A stretch of 64,000 nt of DNA from Acidocella sp. (GCA_035499915.1 DATJXU010000004.1:1398-65397), one strand, 5' to 3'. Positions 1 to 9,119 are shown, counted from the first letter of the stretch. The notes: a model not told the origin generated them from the sequence alone. Numbers and translations are program-made.

Positions 1-438
1 GTGTTCGATAACGGCATCTGCTCGCTGCTCTCGCGCATTGCGCCCGATGGCGCGGGTGAGCCCGCCCCCTTGCCCAATCTGCGCCTCTACACCGACGATG
101 CCCGCCCGCTGCTGCGCGGCCTGGCGGATGGGGCTTTGTCCAAACTCTTCCTGATGTTCCCCGACCCCTGGCCGAAGGCCCGCCACGCCAAGCGGCGCTT
201 CGTGCATCCTGAGATCCTGGCCGAGGTGGCGCGGGCCATCCGCCCCGGCGGGGAATGGCGGATCGCCTCCGATGATCCGACTTACCAGGGCTGGACGGAT
301 GAGGTGCTGGCGGCACAGGATTTCTTCACCGTCAGCCGCACCGACATCCACCCGGAAGGCTGGCCGCACACGCGCTACGAGGCGAAAGCCATCGCCGCCG
401 GGCGCACGCCGCTCTACTGGTCGCTGATCAGGCGGTAG
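1..438 (+). CDS. trmB: tRNA (guanine-N7)-methyltransferase, 5'-truncated by the window edge
   Basis: Motifs LMFPDPWPKARHAKRR, IASD and TRYEAKA are TrmB hallmarks. Confidence 0.95.
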   Translation: MFDNGICSLLSRIAPDGAGEPAPLPNLRLYTDDARPLLRGLADGALSKLFLMFPDPWPKARHAKRRFVHPEILAEVARAIRPGGEWRIASDDPTYQGWTDEVLAAQDFFTVSRTDIHPEGWPHTRYEAKAIAAGRTPLYWSLIRR

Positions 439-541
439 AGCGATATGTGATGAGATTGAACCGGCAGGTTCAAGATAATCACATGAAATTGCGCGCCAAA
501 ACAAAAGCGAGAGCATTCATTTAAAAGATGAACGCTCTCGC
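436..541. repeat. Double-hairpin intergenic palindromic element (TAGAGC...GCTCT type)
   Basis: Begins TAGAGC. Hairpin 1 is ATGTGAT..TTGAACC/GGTTCAA..ATCACAT (445-484). Linker AAAACAAAA. Hairpin 2 is GCGAGAGC.TTCAT/ATGAA.GCTCTCGC (507-541). The architecture resembles Bru-RS/RIME-like alphaproteobacterial repeats (from memory). Confidence 0.7.
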
Positions 542-592
542 GCGCAACAGGGTGAGACTGGCACGCATGCGTCAACCTCAACCGATCACACG

Positions 593-1606
593 CTAAATGT
601 CGTTGATCCCGGTGCGCTTGGCCTGCCAGCGCCAGGAATCCCGGCACATATCCTCGACATTCAGTTCCGCTTTCCAGCCGAAGAGCCGCTCCGCCAGGGC
701 CGGGTTGGCGTAATAGCTGGCGACATCGCCGGGGCGGCGGGGCGCGATATTCACGGGAATATCCCGCCCGGTCGCGGTCTCGAAGGCCTTCACCAGCTCC
801 AGCACCGTGGTGCCGTTGCCAGTGCCGAGATTGACGGTGACGGACACGTCATGGGCATGGATATGCTCGACAGCCAGCGCATGCGCCATCGCGAGGTCCA
901 TGACATGGATATAATCGCGCTCGCCGGTGCCATCGCGCGTCGGGTAGTCATTGCCGAAGACGTTGAGATGCGCCCGCTCGCCGGTGGCCACCTGGGTGAC
1001 ATAGGGCATGAGATTATTCGGCACGCCGCGCGGGGTTTCGCCGATGAGGGCGGAAGGATGCGCGCCGACCGGGTTGAAATAGCGCAGATTGGCGGCGGCC
1101 TTCAGCTTGCCGGTGCGCGCCAGGTCGCGGATCAGATCCTCCATCACCAGCTTGGTGCGGCCATAGATGTTCTCGACCCGCGTGGGGGCGTCTTCCAGGA
1201 TCGGCGAGACATCCGGCTGGCCGTAGACCGTGGCGGAGGAGGAGAACACGATCCGCCCAACCCCGGCCGCCTGCATGGCTTGCAGCAGCCGGATCGTGCC
1301 GATGATGTTCATGTCGTAATAAAGCAGCGGGTCGGCCTCTGATTCACCAACCGCCTTGAGCGCGGCGAAATGGATGACGGCCTCCACCGGATGCGCCTTC
1401 AGCGCCGCCGTGACGGTTTCGTTGTCGCGGATATCGGCCTCGATAACGGTCATTTCCTGGCCGGTGAGGCGCTTCAGCCGCGCCGGCACGTCGCGCTCGG
1501 CATTGGCGAAATTATCGAGAATGATGATGTCGTGCCCGCGTTCGGCCAGCATGGCGGCGGTGTGGGAGCCGATATAGCCGGCGCCGCCGGTCAGTAATAT
1601 GCGCAT
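593..1606 (-). CDS. galE: UDP-glucose 4-epimerase
   Basis: TGGAGYIGSH, HFAALKAVGES, FSSSATVYG, YGRTK, LRYFNPVGAH and PNNLMPY motifs. Confidence 0.97.
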   Translation of the reverse strand: MRILLTGGAGYIGSHTAAMLAERGHDIIILDNFANAERDVPARLKRLTGQEMTVIEADIRDNETVTAALKAHPVEAVIHFAALKAVGESEADPLLYYDMNIIGTIRLLQAMQAAGVGRIVFSSSATVYGQPDVSPILEDAPTRVENIYGRTKLVMEDLIRDLARTGKLKAAANLRYFNPVGAHPSALIGETPRGVPNNLMPYVTQVATGERAHLNVFGNDYPTRDGTGERDYIHVMDLAMAHALAVEHIHAHDVSVTVNLGTGNGTTVLELVKAFETATGRDIPVNIAPRRPGDVASYYANPALAERLFGWKAELNVEDMCRDSWRWQAKRTGINDI

Positions 1607-1610
1607 TGAG

Positions 1611-3218
1611 TCAAGCCTTGGTGATGGTCCATTTGATATGCTGCGGCCCGTCCTGATGGCCGGGCAGCACGATCTGCTCCGCCCGCCGCGGTTCAGACTG
1701 GCCGAAATAGACGCTGCCTTCGATTCGCGGCACCGCGCCTTCGGCCTTCAGCCGGAAGCCCAGGCCCGAGGGGGTGCGCAGCAGCACGGTCTCGTCATCC
1801 TGCGCCAGGCTGGCGGTGACGTTGGGGTGCAGATGAAAGCGGATGGCGAAGGGCTGCGGGTTTTCAGCCTCGATCAGGTCCTCGCCCTGCAGCTCCTCGC
1901 CATTTTCGGAAAGGCCGAGGCGGCGATGGTGGACGGCGCCGAACAGCTTGCTCCAGCCATCATGACTGGCCTCGATCCAGGCCACGCCCCCGGCATCCTG
2001 GCGGGCCACGGTCACATTCAGCGGGCGTCGGCTAAGGCCGCCTTCCTTGATCTCGGCGGAGGAGGTGTCGGCGATGATGAGGGTGGAATGCGCCGCCGTG
2101 CCGCGCAGGGCGCTGGCCCAGTCTCCTGCCAAAGCCGGGGCGGCGCCGCAATTCACGATCAGCCGGTCCTTGCCGTAGGAAAACTCAAACCCGAGCGTGC
2201 CGGCATGGGCGAAACGGTCCAGCCCCGGCGCGGTGGGGGTGCCGGCATCCATGAACAACACGGATTTGGCGGCGGCGATGCGAAACAGCCCGCAGGATTT
2301 GAGATGCGCCAGCGTGCCGCGCGCCCGCCCGGCCTGGGCCAGAACGAGATCGACCAGATTGGGCAGCTCCTCCTTGGAGCCGTTGAAGAGCGCCAAGCCG
2401 CCATCGCCATGGCGCAAGGCGCGCATGGCGGCCGCCGCATGCTCGATGGTGGTGAGCAGCTCGGGCGGCGGGGGTTTGCCGCCCGCCTGCATCAAGGCGC
2501 GGATTTCCGTGAGGTCTTGCAGCGCCAGCAGATGCGCGGCGGGGCTGCGCTCCACATGGCAGCCATCCGGGTAGAATTGCCGCGCCAGCTCCGGCACCAG
2601 GAGTTTCATCACCCGGGGCAGATATTGCACATGCTCGGGCATGGCGATGGAGGCGGCGGTGAGGCCCTTCAGCGCGGTCAGGGCGCGCTGATCCAGGAAC
2701 TCGGCGGGCAGGGCGGCGGAGAGGGTGCGGGCATCCTGCACCAGCCTGGACATCAGCGCCTGGCGGAACTCGTCATCGGCGGAGGCGGCGAAAAAATCAT
2801 AATGGCCGAGCCAGGAGGCCAGCCGGGCGCCCACCACATCCGGCGCGTAGGCGATGGGTTCTGGCTTGGGCGTGTCCATGAAATCCAGCACCAAGGCGCG
2901 GGCGCGCGAGCGTGCGGCATCCGTGCCCAGGGCCCGCAGGTCGCGCAGCCAGGTGAAGCTGTGGAGATGGGCGCGCAAAAGCCGGGTGCAGCCGGGTGTG
3001 AAGGCGAAGATGTCGTGATGGACGGGCAATACCGCGCCGCCGAATTCCAGCTCCGCCTTCACCAGCCGGGCGCCGCGGGCGGGATCACCCGGCCAGGGGT
3101 CGCGCAGGGGAAGGGCGGGTGCGTCCGGCCCGCCCGAGGGGCGAAGATTTTGCAGCCTGGTGAACCAGGTGCGAGCTTGGCGGCCAATGCCGCCACGGGG
3201 CTGCTGGCTTTCTGTCAT
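1611..3218 (-). CDS. Heparinase II/III-like protein
   Basis: DGCHVERSP, HAGTLGFEFS, LIVNCG, TAAHSTL, ASHDG and IRFHLHP motifs. This family typically lies next to rpe in Alphaproteobacteria. Confidence 0.85.
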   Translation of the reverse strand: MTESQQPRGGIGRQARTWFTRLQNLRPSGGPDAPALPLRDPWPGDPARGARLVKAELEFGGAVLPVHHDIFAFTPGCTRLLRAHLHSFTWLRDLRALGTDAARSRARALVLDFMDTPKPEPIAYAPDVVGARLASWLGHYDFFAASADDEFRQALMSRLVQDARTLSAALPAEFLDQRALTALKGLTAASIAMPEHVQYLPRVMKLLVPELARQFYPDGCHVERSPAAHLLALQDLTEIRALMQAGGKPPPPELLTTIEHAAAAMRALRHGDGGLALFNGSKEELPNLVDLVLAQAGRARGTLAHLKSCGLFRIAAAKSVLFMDAGTPTAPGLDRFAHAGTLGFEFSYGKDRLIVNCGAAPALAGDWASALRGTAAHSTLIIADTSSAEIKEGGLSRRPLNVTVARQDAGGVAWIEASHDGWSKLFGAVHHRRLGLSENGEELQGEDLIEAENPQPFAIRFHLHPNVTASLAQDDETVLLRTPSGLGFRLKAEGAVPRIEGSVYFGQSEPRRAEQIVLPGHQDGPQHIKWTITKA

Positions 3219-3922
3219 CCGCCAGGGCTGGCGCTGAGGTCAGGCAGTGGCGTGGGGGTGGCCTCGCGGATGGCGGAGATCGCCGCCGCGTAATCCGGCG
3301 CGCCATAGACGGCCGTGCCCGCGATCAGGCAGGTGGCGCCCGCCTGCAGAACCGCGGGGGCGGTTTTGGCGGTGATGCCCCCATCGATCTGCAGCACGAT
3401 ATCGCGCCCGGTTTCGTCGATGAGCTTGCGCAGGGCGGCGATCTTGGCGAGTTGCGAGGACAGGAAGGCCTGGCCGCCAAAGCCGGGGTTCACCGTCATC
3501 ACCATGATCAGGTCGGTGAGGTCCAGCACATTCACCACCGTCTCGATGGGGGTGGCGGGGTTGAGCACCACGCCGGCTTTTTTGCCCAGCGAGCGGATGA
3601 GCTGGAGCGAGCGGTGCAGGTGCGGGCCGGATTCCGGATGCACGGAAATGTGATCCGCCCCGGCCTCCGCGAAGGCAGCGATGTACGGGTCGGCGGGGGC
3701 GATCATCAGATGCACGTCCATGGGCATGGAGGTGTGCGGGCGCAGGGCCTTCACCACCAGCGGGCCGAAGGTGATGTTGGGGACGAAATGGCCGTCCATC
3801 ACGTCAAGATGCAGCCAATCCGCCCCGGCGCGTTCGACGGCGACGACTTCTTCCCGCAGCCGGGAGAAATCGGCGGCGAGGAGGGAAGGGGCGATGAGCG
3901 GTCGAGTCGGGGACGTGGTCAT
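3215..3922 (-). CDS. rpe: Ribulose-phosphate 3-epimerase
   Basis: IAPSLLAADF, HLDVMDGHFVPNITFG, VNPGFGGQ and IDGGI. Start trimmed to MTTSPT (3922). Confidence 0.97.
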   Translation of the reverse strand: MTTSPTRPLIAPSLLAADFSRLREEVVAVERAGADWLHLDVMDGHFVPNITFGPLVVKALRPHTSMPMDVHLMIAPADPYIAAFAEAGADHISVHPESGPHLHRSLQLIRSLGKKAGVVLNPATPIETVVNVLDLTDLIMVMTVNPGFGGQAFLSSQLAKIAALRKLIDETGRDIVLQIDGGITAKTAPAVLQAGATCLIAGTAVYGAPDYAAAISAIREATPTPLPDLSASPGG

Positions 3923-4006
3923 GATGATCATTTGTAAACGCCAGGAGGTGGGTTTCACAAGCGGGGAGGGTTGAGTAGAGCGGATGAAGGCGGCAATGTA
4001 TCGCTT

Positions 4007-5290
4007 ATGCCGGACGCGAAACAGCCATCTGCGACGATCAAGCGGCCGCGCGTCCTGTTCATTTTTCTGGCGTCTTTTGTAACTCTTATCTATGGCTTCT
4101 ACGCGGCGGCAAATATCGATCTGCTTTGGATGAACCGCCACGATACCGAACTGTTAACGGCGACACGTCAATTGCCCCAGGCGGATTTCGGGCTGTTCTG
4201 GTGCGCGGGAAACGGGCTTGCGGAGCAAGCTGAGCACCGGTTTGGCGTTGAGTTTCCTGAGGCTTTCCGGAATATTTGCCAGACAGATATTTTGGCTGCC
4301 AATGCGCCTGTCTTTCTGGCGTGGCCTTACCCGCCGACGATGGGGTTATTGGTCACTCCTTTTTCTTTTCTGCCCATCAAGTTCGGATTTTGGGTTTGGC
4401 GTGCGTTCTGTATCCTGGCGGCTGCTTGGGTACTGCGCCTGGCCGGACTTGGATGGCGGGTTATCCTGCTTGGCCTTGCCAGCCCGGCGGCGTGGCATGA
4501 CCTGATTGGCGGCCAGGATGGGACGCTGAGCGGTGGGGTGCTTGTTGCCATCTTGCTGATGGCGTCCCGCCGCCCGGTGACGGCTGGAGGCTTGGCGGGG
4601 CTTTTGACGCTGAAGCCGCATCTTGGATTGCCCATTTTGGTGGCGGTTTTGCGGTCGCGGGCTTGGCGGCTGGCACTTGTGGCGGTCGCTATTGCCATCG
4701 GGCTGGTTGGCTTGTCGCTTCTGTTCTGGGGCACGGAAGGTTGGGTTTGGTTTTTTGGAATCGCCCAGCATGACGAATGGCTGACTACGAACATGCCGTT
4801 CAAGGAACGTTTTCCGGCAGCAGGCATAACGATTTATCACATGGCCCGTAGCCTGGGGGGCTCGAATGCTTGGGCCTGGCGCCTCCAATGCGTGGGCGCG
4901 GCCATGGCCCTGACCGTCATGTGGAAACTTTGGAGGCCGGGCCTGCTGGCGGAGAAGCCGCGTATGATTTGCACGGTTTGCCTCAGCATCCTGGTTCTGC
5001 CTCACGGGTTTCTGTACGATCTCGTGGGGTTCTCGGTGGCCATGGCCCTGCTGATGATTGAGTTTGAGGGATGGGTATGTTTTGCCGCCGCGCTGCTTTG
5101 GCTTTGGGGTGGCTATACCGGGACATTCGCGAAGTCGACCGGCCTGCTCCTCTTCCCACTATGTGCCGTGGCCGGCGCACTTCTGGCTTGGTGCGTCAGG
5201 GACGCACCAGCCTGGCGACAAAAAAACCATCCATCCCGCCTTGATCAGCCCACATTCCCGGATGTGTCCGGATATCGCCCTGCGCAGTGA
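4007..5290 (+). CDS. Glycosyltransferase family 87 (DUF2029-like) polytopic membrane protein
   Basis: DFGLFW, WPYPP, GQDG, LTLKPHLG and PHGFLYD motifs with many hydrophobic segments. Start placed at ATG 4007. Confidence 0.8.
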   Translation: MPDAKQPSATIKRPRVLFIFLASFVTLIYGFYAAANIDLLWMNRHDTELLTATRQLPQADFGLFWCAGNGLAEQAEHRFGVEFPEAFRNICQTDILAANAPVFLAWPYPPTMGLLVTPFSFLPIKFGFWVWRAFCILAAAWVLRLAGLGWRVILLGLASPAAWHDLIGGQDGTLSGGVLVAILLMASRRPVTAGGLAGLLTLKPHLGLPILVAVLRSRAWRLALVAVAIAIGLVGLSLLFWGTEGWVWFFGIAQHDEWLTTNMPFKERFPAAGITIYHMARSLGGSNAWAWRLQCVGAAMALTVMWKLWRPGLLAEKPRMICTVCLSILVLPHGFLYDLVGFSVAMALLMIEFEGWVCFAAALLWLWGGYTGTFAKSTGLLLFPLCAVAGALLAWCVRDAPAWRQKNHPSRLDQPTFPDVSGYRPAQ

Positions 5291-6422
5291 CCGCTTCGGG
5301 CAATTCCGGCAGGCTTAGCGGATCGCGCTTGAGCCCCAGCCGGGCGCAGGCGGCGTCGATCCGTGCCGCGCCTTCCTGCGGCTGCAGGGAGCAGACGGCG
5401 TAGATCAGCCGCCCGCCCGGGGCCAGCATTTTTGCTCCGGCGTCCAGCAGGGCGTCCTGCGCGGCGGTCATGGCCTCGATGTCGCGCGGTTTGCGCAGAT
5501 GCAGCAGCTCCGGGTGGCGGCGCGCCGTGCCGGTGGCGCTGCAGGGGGCGTCCAGCAAAATGGCGGGGAATGTTTCAACCGGTGTCCATTTCGTGCCGTC
5601 GGCCGTCACCAGCTCGGCCTTCAGCTGCAGCCGTTCCAGATTGCCGCGCAATGTCGCCATGCGGGAGGCATCGCGTTCCACGGCGGTGACGTCAGCCCCC
5701 ATGGCGGCGAGCTGGGCGGTTTTGCCGCCCGGTGCGGCGCAGAGATCCAGCACGCGCTCACCAGGCCGGGGGGCGAGCAGTTTGGCGGGCAGGGCGGCGG
5801 CGGCGTCCTGCACCCAGACCTGCCCTTGCGTGAAGCCGGGGATTTCAGCCACCGGCGTGCCGGCGGGAAAACGGTAGGACCCGGTGGGCAGCGCCGCGCC
5901 GCCTTCGGGCACGAAGCCGGGCTGGGTGGAGATATCCATAGGCGCTTCCTGCGCGTGGGCGGTGGCGATGGCCCGCGCATCCGGGCCCCAGCTCGCCCAG
6001 GCCCAGGCGGGGGTGTCCAGGCGCGGCATGTCCAGCTCTTCCAGCGCCTCCGGCCCAGCTGTCACCACCCGGCGCAGCACGGCATTCACCAGCCCGGCGA
6101 AGGGGACGAGTTTTCGGCTCCGCGCCAGCTCCACGGCGGTGGCGACGGCGGCATGGGGCGGGGTGCCCAGGAACAGGCAGCCGGCGGCGCCGATGCGCAG
6201 GATATTGCGCAGCTCCGGCGGCGGCTCGCGGCGCAGATAGGGCTCCAGCACCGCATCCAGCGTGCCGGTATGGCGCAGCACGCAGGCCGCCAGGCGATGC
6301 GCCGCCGCCTTGTCGCGCGGTTCGATGCGCGCCAGCGCATCCAGCGCCGCATCAAGCGGTTTCCCCTTGGCCAGAACGGCGTGCAGGAGAGAAAAAGCGG
6401 CGTCGCGGGTCGGGTCTGGCAT
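5196..6422 (-). CDS. rsmB: RsmB/Sun-family RNA (cytosine-C5) methyltransferase with NusB-like N-terminus
   Basis: WVQDAAA, DLCAAPGGKT, LLDAPCSATG, YAVCSL and DGFFVARL. Confidence 0.9.
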   Translation of the reverse strand: MPDPTRDAAFSLLHAVLAKGKPLDAALDALARIEPRDKAAAHRLAACVLRHTGTLDAVLEPYLRREPPPELRNILRIGAAGCLFLGTPPHAAVATAVELARSRKLVPFAGLVNAVLRRVVTAGPEALEELDMPRLDTPAWAWASWGPDARAIATAHAQEAPMDISTQPGFVPEGGAALPTGSYRFPAGTPVAEIPGFTQGQVWVQDAAAALPAKLLAPRPGERVLDLCAAPGGKTAQLAAMGADVTAVERDASRMATLRGNLERLQLKAELVTADGTKWTPVETFPAILLDAPCSATGTARRHPELLHLRKPRDIEAMTAAQDALLDAGAKMLAPGGRLIYAVCSLQPQEGAARIDAACARLGLKRDPLSLPELPEAVTAQGDIRTHPGMWADQGGMDGFFVARLVRP

Positions 6423-6509
6423 GGCGGTCCTTGGGTTCAGCCCCGGGGCCTAGCATATAGGATCGGCCTCTGACCATCTGGCGGGGGCGGATAGAGGAGG
6501 GAGTCTGCC

Positions 6510-7406
6510 ATGAAGGTCGCGGTGATGGGCGCCGGGGCGGTGGGTTGTTACTTCGGCGCGCTGCTGGCCAAGGCGGGGCATGAGGTGGTGTTGATCGGCC
6601 GGCCCGCGCATGTGGATGCCATCCGCTCCGATGGCCTGCTGCTGGAGCGCGCCTCGGGGCCGGAGCGCATCAAGCTTGGCGCCAGCACGGCGGCGGCCTC
6701 CGTCGCGGGGGCGGGGCTGGTGCTGGTCTGCGTGAAATCCGGCGATACCGAGGCGGTGGGCTGGCAGATGGCGCCGCATCTGGCGCCGGAGGCGATGATC
6801 GTCAGCCTGCAGAACGGGGTGGGGAATGCGCAACGCCTGGCCGCGCAACTGCGCCGCCCGGTGTTTCCGGCGGCGGTGTATGTGGCGGCCAGCATGGCCG
6901 GGGCCGGGCATGTGCGCCATCACGGGCGGGGCGAGTTGGTGATCGGCACTGCTCCGCGCGGGGAGGAGCTGGCCGCGCTGCTGCGAGAGGCGGGCATTCC
7001 GGCCGAGCTGACAGGCGATGTCGATGCCGTGCTCTGGGCCAAGCTGGTGCTGAACTGCGCCTATAACGCGCTCTCCGCCATCACGCACCAGCCTTATGGC
7101 GCCTTGCTGGCGGTGGAGGGCACGCAGGTGCTGATCCGCAATGTGCTGAAGGAATGCGAGGCGGTGGCCGCCGCCTGCGGCATCAACCTGCCCGCGGGAC
7201 AGGCCGAAGAGGTTTTGGCCGCCGGCCAGAGCATGGCGGGGCAGCTTTCCTCCACGGCGCAGGATCTGATCCGCGGCCGGCCGACGGAGATCGATCATCT
7301 GAACGGCTATGTGGTCAGGCTGGCGGCGGAGCGCGGCATCGCCGTGCCGGTGAACCAGGCGCTGACCACGATCGTCAAAATCCTGGAAGCCAGGCCGCAC
7401 GCCTAA
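6510..7406 (+). CDS. panE: Ketopantoate reductase family (PanE/ApbA)
   Basis: GAGAVG, SLQNGV, WAKLVLN, SSTAQD and TEIDHLNG. RBS GGAGGG upstream. Confidence 0.85.
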   Translation: MKVAVMGAGAVGCYFGALLAKAGHEVVLIGRPAHVDAIRSDGLLLERASGPERIKLGASTAAASVAGAGLVLVCVKSGDTEAVGWQMAPHLAPEAMIVSLQNGVGNAQRLAAQLRRPVFPAAVYVAASMAGAGHVRHHGRGELVIGTAPRGEELAALLREAGIPAELTGDVDAVLWAKLVLNCAYNALSAITHQPYGALLAVEGTQVLIRNVLKECEAVAAACGINLPAGQAEEVLAAGQSMAGQLSSTAQDLIRGRPTEIDHLNGYVVRLAAERGIAVPVNQALTTIVKILEARPHA

Positions 7407-7469
7407 CCGGCTTACGCCGCGGCGGGCTGATGCACGGCGCGCTGTGGGGGGGCGGCGGCCCTGACAGCC

Positions 7470-7682
7470 TTACCGCTCCGGCGTGCTGACCAGCAGGGTC
7501 GTCAGCAGAATGGCCAGCAGCACCAGTATCAGCCCCGTGGCGTTGGGCGAAAGCGGGACCATGTGCCATGTCGTGGCCGATGGCGTGGTTGGGAACATGT
7601 GCCATGTTGCCGGTGGCGCCGCGCTTTGGCAGGTGGCGGTGTAATACGATTCGAAAGCCACGGGGCAGGCGGATGAATCCAT
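7470..7682 (-). CDS. Hypothetical 70-aa small membrane protein with duplicated TWHM motif
   Basis: GGGAG RBS shortly before ATG 7682, an upstream sigma70-like promoter, and a C-terminal hydrophobic helix GLILVLLAILLTTLLV. Confidence 0.6.
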   Translation of the reverse strand: MDSSACPVAFESYYTATCQSAAPPATWHMFPTTPSATTWHMVPLSPNATGLILVLLAILLTTLLVSTPER

Positions 7683-7739
7683 GACAGGACTCCCAGATGG
7701 AGCAGAACCAGCCGGCGCCAAGCCACGCCGGAACGTCAG

Positions 7740-7768
7740 GATATGCTGATATATGCCGCAGCGCACAA
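7740..7768 (-). promoter_or_regulatory. Putative sigma70 promoter of the small ORF
   Basis: Minus strand TTGTGC-N17-CATATC. Confidence 0.45.
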
Positions 7769-7836
7769 TAGCGCCGAGGTGCCATCAGCTCTGCGCCGGA
7801 AGCAGCGAGGCCGCGGGGCTGACGCAACAGGTGCCG

Positions 7837-9081
7837 TCAGCCTTGCCCGGCCCCGAGTAAGGCCAGCCCCTCGGCCACGCTGACCAGCTCGCCGCCCGCG
7901 GAAAGCCGGTCTGCGCCGAAGCGCGTCTCGAACAGGCGCCGCACGGCGGGCACGAAGGAGGTGCCGCCGGTGAGGAACACCTGGTCGATCTGCTCTGGCG
8001 CCAGCTGCGCGGCGCTGAGTGCGGCCTCGATCGCGTTTTCCATCTTGGCGAGGTCGGGGGCGATCCAGCTTTCGAACGTGTCGCGCTGGATGGTCTCGGC
8101 AATGTCGAGCTGGCTGTGGGCGAAGCGCAATGTGGCTGACTCCGCGCGCGACAATTCCATCTTCGCCGTGGAGACCGCCTGATAGAGCGCGAAGCCCTGC
8201 TCATCCTCGATCAGCTCCAGCAGGGCGTGCAGGCGCGCAGGGTGGCGCGCATGGCGGGCGACATCGGCGATTTCGCGCAGCGTGCGCGGGTTGCGCATCA
8301 GCGACAGGCGGTGCCAGCTGGAGAATGCGTTGAAATATTCAGGCGGAACCGGCAGGTCGTTGGCCATGACGCGGTAGGTGTCGCCCTTGCCGAGATGCGG
8401 GCAGATGACACGTTCGATGATGCGCTGGTCGAGCACATCGCCCGCGAGGCCGACACCGGCATGGCCCAGCGGCTGCACCGGCGCGCCGGGGGTAAAGCGC
8501 AGCACCGAGAAATCGCTGGTGCCGCCGCCGAAATCGCCCACCAGCACAGTGGTGGGGGCGCTGAGCGTGCGCGAGAAGCGCCACCCGGCGCCCTCCGGCT
8601 CCAGCGCCACGGTGAGAGCGCCAAAGCCGGCCTCGTTGAACGCTTCGCGCAAGCGGGCCTCGCCGAATTCATCGTCGGCGAACTCGCCCGCAAAGCGCAC
8701 GGGCCGGCCGATGGTGGCGTGAACCTCGCCGGGGGCGAAGCCGGCTTTCTCGGCCAGGCTGCGCAGGAAGGTGGCGATCAGGCTCTGCAGCGTGAAGCGC
8801 CGGCCGAAGATTCGTGTCTCGGTAAAGCTGCGCTGCGCCAGATAGGTTTTCATCGACAGGATCAGCCGGCTTTCCATCGGATCATCGAGATAGGCGCTGA
8901 TCGCATCCGGCCCGGCTTCGTGGTCCAGGCGCTGGCTGGCACCGTGCCGCTCTGTCCAGAAGCAGAGCACGGTGCGGAACACGTCATCTGTGCGGTAGCT
9001 GGCGCTGCGTACGGAACCATCTGGCTGGGCGATGGCCACGACGGTGTTGGTGGTGCCGAAATCAATGCCGATATGCTGCAT
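7837..9081 (-). CDS. yegD: Hsp70-family protein, YegD type (ATPase domain only)
   Basis: IGIDFGTTN, GRPVRF, VGDFGGGTSDFS and FLTGGTS. No substrate-binding domain. Start at MQHIGIDFG. Confidence 0.85.
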   Translation of the reverse strand: MQHIGIDFGTTNTVVAIAQPDGSVRSASYRTDDVFRTVLCFWTERHGASQRLDHEAGPDAISAYLDDPMESRLILSMKTYLAQRSFTETRIFGRRFTLQSLIATFLRSLAEKAGFAPGEVHATIGRPVRFAGEFADDEFGEARLREAFNEAGFGALTVALEPEGAGWRFSRTLSAPTTVLVGDFGGGTSDFSVLRFTPGAPVQPLGHAGVGLAGDVLDQRIIERVICPHLGKGDTYRVMANDLPVPPEYFNAFSSWHRLSLMRNPRTLREIADVARHARHPARLHALLELIEDEQGFALYQAVSTAKMELSRAESATLRFAHSQLDIAETIQRDTFESWIAPDLAKMENAIEAALSAAQLAPEQIDQVFLTGGTSFVPAVRRLFETRFGADRLSAGGELVSVAEGLALLGAGQG

Positions 9082-9089
9082 GGGGGCGC

Positions 9090-9119
9090 GCTTTAAGCAG
9101 AAGGGGCGTGCCGCGGCAA
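9090..9119 (-). promoter_or_regulatory. Putative promoter of yegD (leaderless transcript likely)
   Basis: TTGCCG-N18-TAAAGC ends 8 nt before the ATG. No RBS visible. Confidence 0.45.

Noticed and set aside
1599-3293. Long antisense or alternate-frame ORFs (for example 1599-3293, 11631-13706, 15491-17011, 21248-22825, 30611-32551, 48156-49868)
   Set aside because: They shadow well-supported genes on the opposite strand, which is expected from high-GC codon bias. They show no recognisable motifs.
3923-4141. N-terminal extensions in the ORF track for rpe, and likewise yegD, dapA, aroA, murB, ddl and acpS
   Set aside because: The extensions lack family similarity and overlap neighbouring genes or promoters. 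Downstream starts fit RBS or promoter positions better.
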